A model generated the notes under the pieces. It was not told the DNA's origin. It saw only the letters and a list, made by a program, of their open reading frames with translations, and did no database searches. Positions 27,868-36,954 of a stretch of 64,000 bases of DNA are shown here, piece by piece (the first letter of the stretch is position 1; the number at the start of each line of letters is the position of its first letter). A program made the translations under genes and the position numbers. This stretch comes from a bacterium (GTDB lineage: Bacteria; Vulcanimicrobiota; Xenobia; Xenobiales; JADMJV01): assembly GCA_018266105.1 (NCBI GenBank), contig JAFEBA010000042.1:22216-86215 (forward strand), written 5' to 3'.

Positions 27868-29139
27868 CTACGGTCGCGGGCTTCGACGTAGTGCCACCAG
27901 CGTGACCAGCAAGAAAACTAGAATCAGAAGCATCTGGAAAAAGACGCCGTTGATCAATAAATAAATGGAATGGAGCAGGGACACCCAACGGCGGCAGACC
28001 ACCTCCCCATCCAACCACCATAGAGCCGTAATCAGCGTGAGGGTTACCCAACTGGCATTGGTGACGTCGCGGTCCCGGCCATCCAAGGCGAGCGAACAAA
28101 CGGCCAGGAAAGGGATGAAGAAAATAAGATGATGGTGAGGCAGACTCCAGGCTGCAAACAGACTGCTAAAGACCAAATATATGCTGAATTCCACCAGCTC
28201 CGAGGCCAGTTTCGGGTGGGCGGGGTGGACCGGTTTGCGCCAGCAATAGTAGCGCACGGCCAGGGAAAAGATCACGGCAGCAGCGACATTGATCAAGACG
28301 AGGGCACCCATGTGCTGGCCTTCCGTAAAACGCAGCACAACCCCGAGCAAGGATTGATTGGTGGGCTCGTAGTGGATGCCACCGCTGCGCAATCGTGCCA
28401 GCCAATCAGGATAAATAAAGAATCCGTAGACCGACCCGGTCAGAACCGCCAGGCCGATGAACGAGACGACCGCGCTCAAGGCGACCTTATATCGCCGGGG
28501 GTCAAGAAAGTGAGTAAACACCAGGCCGGGCCAAATTTTGGCCAGAATTGGGAACAACCCGACCAGCCCGGCCGATACAGGGTGATTTTGAAACAGCACC
28601 AGGTAAACCAGGGCCGCAGCGGTCAGGAAAGAGCTCTGACCCAGCATCATCGTATCCTGCCCCACGCCGCAATGCGGGATCAACAGGGCCAACAGCAGCG
28701 AAAAAGCGGCCGCGAACCGAGGCCCCATCAAGCGACGCGCCAACAACCAGAACATCAAGGTAAAAACCAGAGGGCTCAGCACACTATAGATGAAGCAAGC
28801 GTCAAAATAGCGGAAATGGGCCAGAGGCGCGTGAAGCAAATAATAGGGTGGGACGGCTACAGCGTGCATCGGCACAGGGAAGTAATGGTCAAATCGCTGG
28901 GTCAGACTTTGCTGGTAGCCGGCAGCAAAAACGTTCATGCCTTTCAGATTGAGATCGACGGTTGGAATGTAGATGCAGTGAAAGTCATATCCCAAGGGAA
29001 AGCCACGCAGATCGGTCACTCGCACCCACATCTGTCCCCAGCCGAGAAAGGAGTAGATCCCAAACAGGACGGTCAAGGCCAGGCCCCAGAGAATGGGCCT
29101 GGCCTTCGTCAGTGATGGATTGGTTTCGCTCTCAAACAC
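27868..29139 (-). CDS. polytopic membrane protein, GT-C-type glycosyltransferase-like (DUF2029/GT87-like)
   Basis: 423 aa with about 11 hydrophobic helices. First loop contains GYDFHCIYIP (DxxxY-type acidic loop). Encoded next to a polyprenyl-phosphate GT2. Confidence 0.65.
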   Translation of the reverse strand: MFESETNPSLTKARPILWGLALTVLFGIYSFLGWGQMWVRVTDLRGFPLGYDFHCIYIPTVDLNLKGMNVFAAGYQQSLTQRFDHYFPVPMHAVAVPPYYLLHAPLAHFRYFDACFIYSVLSPLVFTLMFWLLARRLMGPRFAAAFSLLLALLIPHCGVGQDTMMLGQSSFLTAAALVYLVLFQNHPVSAGLVGLFPILAKIWPGLVFTHFLDPRRYKVALSAVVSFIGLAVLTGSVYGFFIYPDWLARLRSGGIHYEPTNQSLLGVVLRFTEGQHMGALVLINVAAAVIFSLAVRYYCWRKPVHPAHPKLASELVEFSIYLVFSSLFAAWSLPHHHLIFFIPFLAVCSLALDGRDRDVTNASWVTLTLITALWWLDGEVVCRRWVSLLHSIYLLINGVFFQMLLILVFLLVTLVALRRSPRP

Positions 29140-29222
29140 CCCTCAGCGCCGGCCCGTGCATGGGGCACGCTTCGCAATCGGAGGCAGGGACACCTGTCCT
29201 GTTGCGTTGCCGGGCTGGTCGG

Positions 29223-30011
29223 TCAGTTCTGCAATTCCGGCGGGCGGGCCCCGCAAATAAATGCATTCCAGTCAATGGGTTCAACCTTGGCGCGTTCCTT
29301 GGGACTGTCGGTCCCCATGGTCTTACCGTTACCCAGGTAGATCTCCACGTGACTGGCCTGTCCACGAGGAATTCCACGATTGTTGGGGTACCATAAGAAA
29401 ACCAGGTCACCAGGACGTAACTCGTTTCTGGAAATCTTGTGGCCAGCATAATGAGCCTGCAGACCTCGGGCGGTGGTTCGCCCGACCTTGGAACCTGCCT
29501 GACGTAAAGCCCAAGAAACCAGACCGGAGCAGTCGAACTGGTTTGGTCCTGAGGCGCCGAAAACGTACGGAGTTCCCTGCTTGGAAAGAGCCGCATCGAT
29601 CAGCTTTTGGACCTTGGGACTGGAGACCTTGGGGCCATTGGTAACACTGGCCTGACTCCCCACTGAACCGGCCGAACTGCCTGAACCGCCAGACGCCCCT
29701 GACCCGCCCTTGTGGTGGGTTCCTCTGCTCACATGGCCCAAATCCTGGCTCACGGGTGGCCCCTGAAAACCACCAAACCCAGTGTTTTCCATAAGTTGCA
29801 TCAACATGCCCATCATATTCAAAAGCAACTGATTGGTTTGCAGGCTGAGAGCCAACATCTGTACCTGAGCATCACAGGCCGGGGCTGTCAAGGTTGCGCC
29901 AGGCAGACGCCCCAGACTGACACCGGCGAGATCGGGGAGGAGCGGGGCGGTGGGACTGGCCAGGCCAGCTAAAGCACTAGATGCATTGAGGGGTTGTTGA
30001 ATAGCGAACAT
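29223..30011 (-). CDS. NlpC/P60 (C40) cysteine peptidase without signal peptide
   Basis: GTPYVFGASGPNQFDCSGLVSWAL (catalytic Cys) and ASHVEIYLG (His). N-terminal Gln/Leu/Met-rich region and a Gly/Ser linker. Confidence 0.85.
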   Translation of the reverse strand: MFAIQQPLNASSALAGLASPTAPLLPDLAGVSLGRLPGATLTAPACDAQVQMLALSLQTNQLLLNMMGMLMQLMENTGFGGFQGPPVSQDLGHVSRGTHHKGGSGASGGSGSSAGSVGSQASVTNGPKVSSPKVQKLIDAALSKQGTPYVFGASGPNQFDCSGLVSWALRQAGSKVGRTTARGLQAHYAGHKISRNELRPGDLVFLWYPNNRGIPRGQASHVEIYLGNGKTMGTDSPKERAKVEPIDWNAFICGARPPELQN

Positions 30012-30087
30012 AGCCCGACTTTAGGCGTCCGAACATAAACACGAATAAAACAACTCGACCCCGTATGAACAAACGTCGAAGATCTAG

Positions 30088-30801
30088 TTAGCCGCTGGTT
30101 ACCATTCGCTCACAAAAATCCACCAACAAAATGTCACGGTGGCCTTCGCTCTGACTGCTCAACGGAGTCACTCCGTGCCACAAGTCCCCGCGAAAGAAAA
30201 GCGTGTCCCACGGCTCCGTCTGAAGCCAGTGGAAAACCGGTTCGTGGGCCTCGTTGTAGGCGGTAAAGACTCCCCCCTGCACGTTCTGCCGGGCCAGCAC
30301 GTGCTGGACGGTAAAGTCTTCGGAGTCTCGGTGAATGCCCTCCGGCGCCGGTTGACCTTTCTGCAGGGTGGTGGCGTGAATGCGCACACAGTGCAGTCCG
30401 ACCTCCCACTGCTTATCCGGGCTGAGGTTCAAGAAGGCGGCGTCCTGCAAAACCAGGGCAGACAGAAAGGGCGTAGCCAGAACCTCAGGCAGGATCGGCT
30501 CGAAGGTCCTCTCCACGCCGCCGTTCAGAGGGTTATCCTCCAAGGTCTGAAAGATGCTGTTGCCGTCTAGACTGGACAGTTCACCACGGCTCAGCAGCAA
30601 GCGGCTGTAGCGCCGGAAGCGATAGGTCCCACCGTCGGCCATGTGGCGGTCCTGACTCAGCCCCCCGTAGCTGGCAAGAAACTCCGCTTGTCCCGGCTGG
30701 CTGGGGCGGGACCAGGTGGCCGCCGGCAAGGGGCAGTATCCGTCGCGCGCAAGTTTCTCAGCGACACTCAGCGCACTCTGAGCATCGTCGGGGGTATTCA
30801 T
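30088..30801 (-). CDS. 2OG-Fe(II) dioxygenase family protein (2OG-Fe_Oxy_2 / BsmA-type)
   Basis: GIHRDSEDFTVQHVL (HxD iron ligands) and LWHGVTPL. Start set at MNTPDD; ATG 30870 is an alternative. A longer ORF would overlap the divergent acyltransferase gene. Confidence 0.7.
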   Translation of the reverse strand: MNTPDDAQSALSVAEKLARDGYCPLPAATWSRPSQPGQAEFLASYGGLSQDRHMADGGTYRFRRYSRLLLSRGELSSLDGNSIFQTLEDNPLNGGVERTFEPILPEVLATPFLSALVLQDAAFLNLSPDKQWEVGLHCVRIHATTLQKGQPAPEGIHRDSEDFTVQHVLARQNVQGGVFTAYNEAHEPVFHWLQTEPWDTLFFRGDLWHGVTPLSSQSEGHRDILLVDFCERMVTSG

Positions 30802-30987
30802 CTCAATCTTCACAACAGGGTCTCTTTCTATGCCGCTCAGGTCGGCAACATGAACCCCTTGGACACACATCCCGAAAGCCCCTACAGATCCTGGTTGCGA
30901 GGGAAGATTGGCGTTCGAGTTCAGGCTCAGAGGAATGGAAAGAAGAGCATCCAAGTGCCAGTCCACTGAAAGGAAACGGGCGATTGA

Positions 30988-32139
30988 ATGCAGCCGAAAC
31001 AACAATCGGCATCCATAGAACCCCTCAACGACCAACGAGAGGCTAAGTTCTCCCCTGCCACTGCCCAGCGCTCGGTTGGCCTCGATCTGGTCAGAACGTT
31101 TGCCATTCTCCTGGTCGTTGTACGCCACATGAGACTATCCGACTGCTTTTCCCATAACCCGTTCGTACGAGCCTTTGAAAAACTCTGCCAGACATGCAAT
31201 GCCGTCGGCTGGATCGGTGTCGACCTGTTTTTCGTTTTGAGCGGATTTCTTGTATCCGGATTGATGTTCAGAGAATATGAAAGAGCCAAAAAGGTTGATG
31301 TGGGTCGATTCTTGATCCGTCGAGGATTCAAGATCTACCCTACATTCTGGGCATTTTTAATCGCCGTCTTCTTCCTCGGGTCCCCAGACGGCCACAGGCC
31401 GGCGCCCGTAGTCTTCCTCCACGATTTTTTCTTTCTCCAGAACTATCTCGAGGGGGTGGCGATTCATCCTTGGAGTCTGGCGGTCGAAGAGCACTTCTAT
31501 CTTCTTCTGTCGCTGTTGGTTTTCGCATTCTGTCGTTCTCGACTGGCTGACCCGATGAAGATGCTTCTGAGGTTTAGCTTTGGTATATGCTTTGGCGTCC
31601 TTGCCCTTCGCTGCTACAGTTTTTTTGCCCTGGGCTCTGATTGGGGGACCCTGAACTTCCGCACCCATTATCGAGTCGATGGCCTCTTTTGGGGCGTCAT
31701 CCTCTCATACGCCTTTCACTACGGACGCTCTTTTCCGGCAAAGGCGCGTCCAATCAGGCCGCTGCTTTTGCTGCTTGGACTGTTGCTGTGGACCCCGCCC
31801 TTTCTCTGCAAAGACAATGTCAACCTGACGGTGGGACCCACCCTCTTTTCCTGGGGGGCAATCTGCTTCACCCTGGTGGGAGCTGCCAGCAACCTTAGGC
31901 CCAGCCTGATGCTGTCCCCTCTAGTAGCCATCGGAGTGCACTCTTATTCCATTTACCTGTGGCACCCGCTCTACCAGGAGCCTCTCACGAACTGGATTTT
32001 TAACCAACTCCCGAACCAAGACCTCGCCTTCGCGGCCTCCGTTGCGGCGGTGTGCGCGATTGGAATCTTGCTTTCCAAGCTGATCGAGCAACCCTTTCTC
32101 CGCTTGAGAGAAAGGCTCGTGCCGGCTGATCGGCGCTAG
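30988..32139 (+). CDS. acyltransferase family 3 (membrane O-acyltransferase)
   Basis: N-terminal GLDLVRTFAILLVVVRH and about 10 TM helices, with the size and layout of Acyl_transf_3. Confidence 0.85.
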   Translation: MQPKQQSASIEPLNDQREAKFSPATAQRSVGLDLVRTFAILLVVVRHMRLSDCFSHNPFVRAFEKLCQTCNAVGWIGVDLFFVLSGFLVSGLMFREYERAKKVDVGRFLIRRGFKIYPTFWAFLIAVFFLGSPDGHRPAPVVFLHDFFFLQNYLEGVAIHPWSLAVEEHFYLLLSLLVFAFCRSRLADPMKMLLRFSFGICFGVLALRCYSFFALGSDWGTLNFRTHYRVDGLFWGVILSYAFHYGRSFPAKARPIRPLLLLLGLLLWTPPFLCKDNVNLTVGPTLFSWGAICFTLVGAASNLRPSLMLSPLVAIGVHSYSIYLWHPLYQEPLTNWIFNQLPNQDLAFAASVAAVCAIGILLSKLIEQPFLRLRERLVPADRR

Positions 32140-32240
32140 AAAGACCCGACCGTCACCAACGAGAGGGACGTTCAAGCTCTGGTAACATTCGAGACTCTGG
32201 ATTTAACCCTGGTTTTTGCCTGCACTCATAACATGCCCTT

Positions 32241-32930
32241 ATGCATATCCCGCATCACCCTGGGCATCGACTCAAAGCCGCCATCGGTCTGGCCGCTGCC
32301 CCCCTGGCGCTGGCGGCCTGCCACAGTCCCGAGCCCGCTCCCCCCGCTCCGCCCACCGACGCGGTCGTGGTGACTCCCAGCTCCACCTCAACAACAATGA
32401 CGCCAAGCACAACCACCGTGATCACCTCTGCTCCTCCTGGACTGCCATCCATCAGCTTGCAAGTTCCCGAGAGCACGGCTCCACCGGAGACCGCGCCGCC
32501 CCCTGAGACCGCACCTCCTGCACCTGCCCTGCCAGAAAAGGTCAGTCGACTTCTAGAAGTCTCTCTGGCTCAAGAAGGGAAGCCCTACGTGTTTGGCGCG
32601 GAAGGTCCTGATGAATTCGATTGCTCCGGGTTAGTCTGGTATTCTCTGGACCAGGCCGGAGTCCAACTGCCACGTTTGACGGCCGAAGGCGACCGCCAGC
32701 TCTACCGCAAATTTCAAGTATCCAAAGACGAGCTGCAACCGGGAGATCTGGTCTTCTACTGGTCCCCCAATACCCGTGGTATCCCTCAAGGTCAGGCCAC
32801 CCATGTCGAGATTTATGTAGGCTTCGGGATGGCGATGGGCACCGACAATGAAAAAGAAGGCGCGCGTCTTGAACCGGTCGGCTGGAAGTCCTTCATTGGG
32901 GCCGAGCGAATTCCGGATCTCTACAGCTGA
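32241..32930 (+). CDS. NlpC/P60 (C40) peptidase lipoprotein
   Basis: Lipobox PLALAA|CHS, a Pro/Thr/Ala-rich linker, then GKPYVFGAEGPDEFDCSGLVWYSL and ATHVEIYVG. The catalytic domain is a close paralog of 29223..30011. Confidence 0.85.
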   Translation: MHIPHHPGHRLKAAIGLAAAPLALAACHSPEPAPPAPPTDAVVVTPSSTSTTMTPSTTTVITSAPPGLPSISLQVPESTAPPETAPPPETAPPAPALPEKVSRLLEVSLAQEGKPYVFGAEGPDEFDCSGLVWYSLDQAGVQLPRLTAEGDRQLYRKFQVSKDELQPGDLVFYWSPNTRGIPQGQATHVEIYVGFGMAMGTDNEKEGARLEPVGWKSFIGAERIPDLYS

Positions 32931-32989
32931 GGCGGAAGATTTTCTGGCCGAGAGCGACCCTAGGGGGCATTCAAGGGGAGGTATGAAGC

Positions 32990-34813
32990 TTGAGGTCTTT
33001 GGCAATTGCGTTGTGCCTGTCGCTTGTGGCCCTGGCCCAGCCCACCCCCTACTCCAGTCAACGCCCGGGCGGGGCCAATAGCGATCCGCTGGAGCAGCCT
33101 CGCGACCTGACCGGGCGTTCGGTCAAGACCCCTCGCCTGCGCGTCATCCACGCACGAGAACTACCCGGGAGCAGCGGCTGGCTGATGGAGCACGATCCCT
33201 GGTTGGCCTATCAGATGGGTCGGGATCTTGGACTGCGCGAGTTCTCTCGCCAGGAAGGCGCCTTTGGCGACGCCGGCCGACTCGGGGGAAAAGTTCTCGA
33301 CGACCAGTGTACGCCCATAATGAGTCGCGACCACATCAACAGCTGTGTGGCCTGCCACAATGTTCCCTGGCGTGACATGGGAGCCGGCATCACGATTCAA
33401 AAGAACGCCAGCACCGGCCGAAACACTCCCCACGGGTTCGGAGGCGGAATCGTTGAAATGATCGGCCAGGAAGTCCGGCGGCAGTTGCTCGAGCAGGCCG
33501 ACAAGAATCACAACGGCTGGATCGAACTCAGCGAAGCCCAGGGTGCCGCGACCGTTCGTCCCACACCTGACGAGACTCTGGATTACGGGCGATTTGATGA
33601 TCAGGATGGGGATGGCCGTCCCGACCTCAACCGCATTCTTTACGTTTGCTACCTCGATCAGCATGGTCAGCGGATTCCCTGGGCTCGCAGCCTGAAGGAT
33701 CGAGGCGTGGCCGGATACAACCTGGAAGTCCAGGTGTTTGGCCACGGCCAGCGCGATCGCGTCGGTCACGGCGGCCTCAGTTCCACCCTGCGGGCAGTCA
33801 GTTCCAACGCCTGGGATATGCACTCCGGCCTGCAGGCTTATGATCCAACCGCCTCGCGCGAATCCGCGGCCGGCCTGACCCAGCGCAGTCTGGCCGGGTG
33901 CTGGCAGTTCTTTACCGGTATGACTCGTGATGCCGGCACCCGTCTCAGTCCTTCCGGCGTGAGTCTGGATGACCCTGACCGGGACGGAATTTACAGCGAG
34001 ATTACGGAGGGCGACCTGGATCTACTGGAGTTCAGCCTGCTCAATCACCCGGCTCCAGCCGAGAAAACCGACGGGGTCTTCGAACAAGGGCGCCAGGCCT
34101 TCCAGGCGGTGGGCTGCACCGACTGCCACCGGAGCCGCTGGAACATCCAGGAGGACCGACGTTTTTTTGAACTCAAGACCCGCTACCGCGATGGTCGACT
34201 GAGCGCCAGCCTGCAGCGCCTCCATGGCGGTCCGGCTCAGTTCGCCGGAATCTACAGCGACTTCCGTCGGCACGATCTCGGTCCTGAGTTCCACGAAATT
34301 CAATATGACGGTTCACGCAACCGCAGTTTCCGAACCGCGCCGTTGTGGGGAGTTGGAAGCACTGCGCCCTATGGCCACGACGGCGCCAGCCTGAGCCTGG
34401 AAGAGGTGATCTCTCGACACGGGGGGGAGGCCGAGAAAAGCCGCCAGGCCTATGAGCAACTGAGTCCCGTCGAGCAGGCCGAGCTGCTGCATTTCCTGCG
34501 CGGATTGACACTTTACAGCACCGAAACGATCCCCTGCGACCTGGACGGAGACGGACAGATCTCCGAGCACTTCCTGGTCTCGGGTCACGACACGGGTCGG
34601 GAGTGCTTCAATCCTGAGTGGCTCTTTCGTCACCCGGGACAGGTAGAAGGCCTTGTTCGAGTCGAGGAAAACGGTCCACCCCTGCTCAGTCGGGCCCTGA
34701 CCAATCTGCGTCAAGCCTATCAGCTGGAACTGCCCGGGCTGCAAGATCGAGACCAAGACGGATTTCCGGACATTCTTAAAATGAGTCAATGGACCACCAG
34801 GAGGAATCGATGA
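32990..34813 (+). CDS. di-haem cytochrome c oxidoreductase/peroxidase-like protein (DUF1111 family)
   Basis: TTG start with signal peptide MRSLAIALCLSLVALAQP. Two CxxCH motifs (CVACH, CTDCH). RTAPLWGVGSTAPYGHDG is characteristic of DUF1111. Confidence 0.85.
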   Translation: MRSLAIALCLSLVALAQPTPYSSQRPGGANSDPLEQPRDLTGRSVKTPRLRVIHARELPGSSGWLMEHDPWLAYQMGRDLGLREFSRQEGAFGDAGRLGGKVLDDQCTPIMSRDHINSCVACHNVPWRDMGAGITIQKNASTGRNTPHGFGGGIVEMIGQEVRRQLLEQADKNHNGWIELSEAQGAATVRPTPDETLDYGRFDDQDGDGRPDLNRILYVCYLDQHGQRIPWARSLKDRGVAGYNLEVQVFGHGQRDRVGHGGLSSTLRAVSSNAWDMHSGLQAYDPTASRESAAGLTQRSLAGCWQFFTGMTRDAGTRLSPSGVSLDDPDRDGIYSEITEGDLDLLEFSLLNHPAPAEKTDGVFEQGRQAFQAVGCTDCHRSRWNIQEDRRFFELKTRYRDGRLSASLQRLHGGPAQFAGIYSDFRRHDLGPEFHEIQYDGSRNRSFRTAPLWGVGSTAPYGHDGASLSLEEVISRHGGEAEKSRQAYEQLSPVEQAELLHFLRGLTLYSTETIPCDLDGDGQISEHFLVSGHDTGRECFNPEWLFRHPGQVEGLVRVEENGPPLLSRALTNLRQAYQLELPGLQDRDQDGFPDILKMSQWTTRRNR

Positions 34814-35943
34814 AGAAAACTCTACTCACGGCGCTGACCCTCAGCGGGATGGCTTCGGCCGCCTGCTGCTACTTCGCGGCTGTCGGCAAGGACGTCAACC
34901 AGCCCGGCCAAAGAGCTTTCATTAGCTGGGATGAACAGGAACAGGTTGAAGCCTTTACGGTCCAGCCTCAGTTCAAGGGCAATGCCGACCAGTTCGGCAT
35001 GGTCATTCCAACGCCCAGCCAGCCAAAACTCCAGGAGATGCCCAAGGACTTCTTTAGAGCTCTGGCCGTCTTCACCATTCTCGAACCCATGGATATGGCC
35101 AAGTATAAGACCATGATGTACTCGACCAGTAGCCGCGCCGAAGGGGGCTCCATGAACAAGGCCGCTCCTCCCCGCCCCGCGGTTCGCATTCTGGAACATG
35201 GCATCGTGGGCAACCTGGACTACAAAATCTTAGAGGCGGACAAACCCGACGCCCTTTACGTCTGGCTCAAAAACAATAAATATAACTATGGGGGGGATCA
35301 GGCCACGCTGGACTATTACGTCAAGCAAAAGTGGAACTTTACGGTCATGAAGATCGACCCTCGCCAGATGAAGCGCGACGCCAGCGGGACCTTTCTGGGC
35401 GTGATCACCCCCACCCGCTTCACCTTTAAAACCAGCAAACCCATCTACCCGCTGCGCATCACCCAGATCAGCGTCAAGGACCAGACGGATGTGCTGCTCT
35501 ACGTGATGGCTCGGAAGAAAATGGACATGGACGGCAACTGGTCCTACGAACCCAATTTTCTCTCCATGTGGAACACGGCCATTTCCTTCGCGGTACCGGA
35601 CAAGCTGACCCCACAGGAAAAGAGCTGGCAGAAGAACCTGGCTGGCAAGCCCCTCAATCCCAACCAGGCCGGCGCTCAGTTAGAATGGGCGGGCAAACTG
35701 ACCCAGGCCCGCCTGGACGTGCTCAGCGGCGACGCGCCCTATAACCGGGACGCCCCCAAGGAAGAGGTGGCCCGGCTGAAAATCTTGCGCGGCCACCTCA
35801 AGAAGGACTGGTATCTAACCAAATTCCGCAAAAGCTTCGCCAGAGCAGAAATGACTCACGACATTGGGTTGGTCCCGGCTCGATACCAGGGTACGCCTGA
35901 AGACCTGGAATATGTCTCCATCCTTCCGACCTCTCCCCCCTAA
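34810..35943 (+). CDS. DUF2330-like secreted protein
   Basis: The ATG overlaps the upstream stop (ATGA). Signal peptide MKKTLLTALTLSGMASAA followed by CCYF. The family assignment is from memory of the N-terminal pattern. Confidence 0.65.
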   Translation: MKKTLLTALTLSGMASAACCYFAAVGKDVNQPGQRAFISWDEQEQVEAFTVQPQFKGNADQFGMVIPTPSQPKLQEMPKDFFRALAVFTILEPMDMAKYKTMMYSTSSRAEGGSMNKAAPPRPAVRILEHGIVGNLDYKILEADKPDALYVWLKNNKYNYGGDQATLDYYVKQKWNFTVMKIDPRQMKRDASGTFLGVITPTRFTFKTSKPIYPLRITQISVKDQTDVLLYVMARKKMDMDGNWSYEPNFLSMWNTAISFAVPDKLTPQEKSWQKNLAGKPLNPNQAGAQLEWAGKLTQARLDVLSGDAPYNRDAPKEEVARLKILRGHLKKDWYLTKFRKSFARAEMTHDIGLVPARYQGTPEDLEYVSILPTSPP

Positions 35944-36095
35944 GTTGCTCCATTTCGCCTGCGGCCAATGCCCTGGCCAGCGTGGTAATGCGCGAACTGG
36001 GTGGTCAGGTCCTGGAAAGAGCTTTGGAGCCTGTGGTTGGAGCTCTGGGGGCGAGCCTGGTCCGTCAGGCCGTGCTTTGAGCACCCTCACCCCCC

Positions 36096-36824
36096 CTAGG
36101 GTGCATCAAACTCGTTCCAGTCCTCATTCAGGTCAATGTCCATGGTCTGTCCCGACTGGCTTAGTTCAAAGACGCCGACCAGTTCCACACGATGAACCAC
36201 CATCGTGTGCCGGTCCTCATAGTAAGGCTTCGACTCGGTGGTCACTTCGCCGTCCGACCACCATATCTCCCGAACATCCTCGCCCACTTTCTCGCGCCAA
36301 TGCTCACTGCGACCGACCATAAAGGTGGGTGACTGCAGGTAGTAGCGGCCGGGCTTAAGCCGGTCAAATTGAAAATTTCCCCGAGCATCGGTCTGGGCTT
36401 TGCGCCAAATTTTTGGAAACACGGGATCCACTTCGACCCTCTTGAGGGGAAGGAACTCAGGAAAATTGATGCCCATGAGCCGGCCTCGGGCCTCCAAGAT
36501 CAATTCATCGACAGACTTCTCAACGGGCGGAACGGAGTTCTCCTTGAGGAGCTTGACCACGTCCTGGCAGTAGGCGGTGTAAGGAAACAGGTAAATGGTC
36601 GAGTTTGCCGGGATCACCCGGCCCGGTTTCTCATAGGCGCGCCCCCTCAGGCGACAGTCCCCGGGAGCCAGGGCCGCCTTGGCCTCTTCAGCGTTGACCG
36701 GGCGGCTGGGATAGACCGGCTGCTGCTCATCCACACTCAGAACGTAGTCTTTGCCGGCCCAGGCCAGGTTCGGTAGCAATAGCAACAGAAATATCCGGCC
36801 CAGCGCAATGGAAATGCGTTTCAC
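36096..36824 (-). CDS. secreted protein with carboxypeptidase-regulatory-like (CarboxypepD_reg) segment
   Basis: GTG start 8 nt after GGAGG. Signal peptide VKRISIALGRIFLLLLLPNLAWA. DARGNFQFDRLKPGRYYL resembles the CarboxypepD_reg fold. Confidence 0.6.
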   Translation of the reverse strand: MKRISIALGRIFLLLLLPNLAWAGKDYVLSVDEQQPVYPSRPVNAEEAKAALAPGDCRLRGRAYEKPGRVIPANSTIYLFPYTAYCQDVVKLLKENSVPPVEKSVDELILEARGRLMGINFPEFLPLKRVEVDPVFPKIWRKAQTDARGNFQFDRLKPGRYYLQSPTFMVGRSEHWREKVGEDVREIWWSDGEVTTESKPYYEDRHTMVVHRVELVGVFELSQSGQTMDIDLNEDWNEFDAP

Positions 36825-36954
36825 GAAAATGCCTCCTCCAGAGAAGATTTCGACAGAGGTCGAAAAGATCGGCAAGGATCTTCCAGACCTGGAGTGGGAA
36901 GATCTTCGCCGGCCTGGCGTCAACCAGAGCAACCTGAACTTTGCTGGAGATTGA

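Noticed and set aside
28129-29115. 328-aa plus-strand ORF opposite the GT-C-like membrane protein gene
   Set aside because: It lies entirely antisense to a gene with a clear polytopic membrane signature. Its translation is low-complexity (Q/R/G-rich) with no motif, so it is a typical shadow ORF of GC-rich DNA.
30802-31128. N-terminal 109 codons of ORF 30088..31128
   Set aside because: They would overlap the divergent acyltransferase start region and are not needed for the 2OG-dioxygenase fold. Internal ATGs at 30801 or 30870 are preferred.
32330-32540. Apparent repeat APPETAPPPETAPPAP and a Thr/Pro-rich run in the NlpC/P60 lipoprotein
   Set aside because: It is a short low-complexity linker typical of lipoprotein stalks, not a DNA tandem-repeat array or a CRISPR-like structure.
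35944-36095. 30-codon ORF (MRELGGQVLERALEPVVGALGASLVRQAVL) in the gap after the DUF2330-like gene
   Set aside because: It is too short, has no RBS or motif, and cannot be distinguished from chance in GC-rich sequence.
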